Shown here piece after piece: positions 63,444 to 64,000 of a stretch of DNA of 64,000 nt. How positions within the stretch are numbered: the stretch's first letter is position 1; the number at the start of each line of letters is the position of its first letter. Source of the DNA: Chlamydiales bacterium (lineage in GTDB: Bacteria; Chlamydiota; Chlamydiia; Chlamydiales; JAAZZY01); NCBI GenBank assembly GCA_965206695.1, contig CBDBKM010000013.1:64001-128000 (forward strand). Direction: 5' to 3'. The position numbers were made by a program, and so were the translations under genes. The notes beneath the pieces were generated by a model, which had not been told where the DNA came from, did no database searches, and worked only from the letters and a program-made list of their open reading frames with translations.

Positions 63444-64000
63444 ATGACATCAATATCAAAAACACCAATATTGGAATGGAAAAATTGCCTAAATACCTTA
63501 ACTGACGAAGATCCTTGTCCTATTTGCCTTGAATCAAATTCAAATAAAAAAACGGTTCTACACAATGGTGCTCACCAATTTCATAAATTCTGTATTAAAA
63601 CATGGTTTAATATATCAAAACAATGCCCTACTTGCCGAAAAAAGATAGAAGAAGGAGATCTAAAAGGAAGGTTTTCTAAAGTGGCTGACCGAATAGAAGG
63701 ATATTCATTAGGAGTACCGGGATTAGTAACAGGATTGCTATCAGCAGGAGTAGCGGGAGCACTAGCAGTAGTAGGAGCAAACGCAACAGGATTAGTAGGA
63801 GCGGCAGTAGTAGGGGGCGCGGTAGCAGGATTAGTAGTAAAAGAGACATTAGTAGAATTAGGAACAGCAAGATTAGTAAGAGCAGTAATAAAGGCACCTA
63901 AAGTAATAGCAGTAGCAGGAGTATTAGGAACAGCAGCAGGATTAGTGGGGATGGCAACAGGAGTAGTAGCAAACCAAATAGGATTGGGAGCACCGCGGCA
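63444..64000 (+). CDS. RING-H2-type zinc-finger protein with Gly/Ala/Val-rich hydrophobic region (runs off window)
   Basis: Manual translation: CPICL...HNGAHQFHKFCIKTWF...CPTCR; open to window end; absent from ORF track. Confidence 0.88.
   Translation, partial: MTSISKTPILEWKNCLNTLTDEDPCPICLESNSNKKTVLHNGAHQFHKFCIKTWFNISKQCPTCRKKIEEGDLKGRFSKVADRIEGYSLGVPGLVTGLLSAGVAGALAVVGANATGLVGAAVVGGAVAGLVVKETLVELGTARLVRAVIKAPKVIAVAGVLGTAAGLVGMATGVVANQIGLGAPR

Noticed and set aside
63676..63897. Leu-rich 73-aa minus-strand ORF
   Set aside because: Antisense shadow of the GGA/GCA/GTA-rich RING gene on the plus strand.

Overview
AT-rich bacterial chromosome segment, most likely from an environmental Chlamydiota endosymbiont. 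This is inferred from a Chlamydia-like MgtE N-terminus (MDSKTNQLDD), an aroD-aroE fusion, a DUF2608-type protein and eukaryote-like effector candidates. It carries two biosynthetic blocks: aroB-aroDE-aroA-aroK-[hydrolase]-aroC-trpDCFBA (no trpE/G) and lysC-dapB-dapA-asd-lysA-dapL. Housekeeping genes include mgtE, can, mnmA, waaC, an RluA-family gene and rlmB. Between these lies a dense layer of intact, nested and decayed IS elements (IS630 x6, IS200/IS605 with TnpB, IS30, IS701, IS5, IS4, IS982, IS1634) and three MITE families. The strongest unexplained signal is sequence-wide: CCGG is strongly enriched, CTGG/CCAG is depleted, and decaying genes repeatedly show W>R, L>P, R>G and S>G changes that each create CCGG. 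This suggests a directional CCGG methylation/very-short-patch repair process. Other highlights are an unannotated RING-H2 ligase-like gene at the right edge, an ankyrin protein with a putative His-Asn-Gln-Cys protease domain, a NUDT9-like Nudix enzyme, two full-length pseudoenzymes, and a TnpB-only element family with a conserved structured leader. All calls come from reading the sequence; no searches were run.
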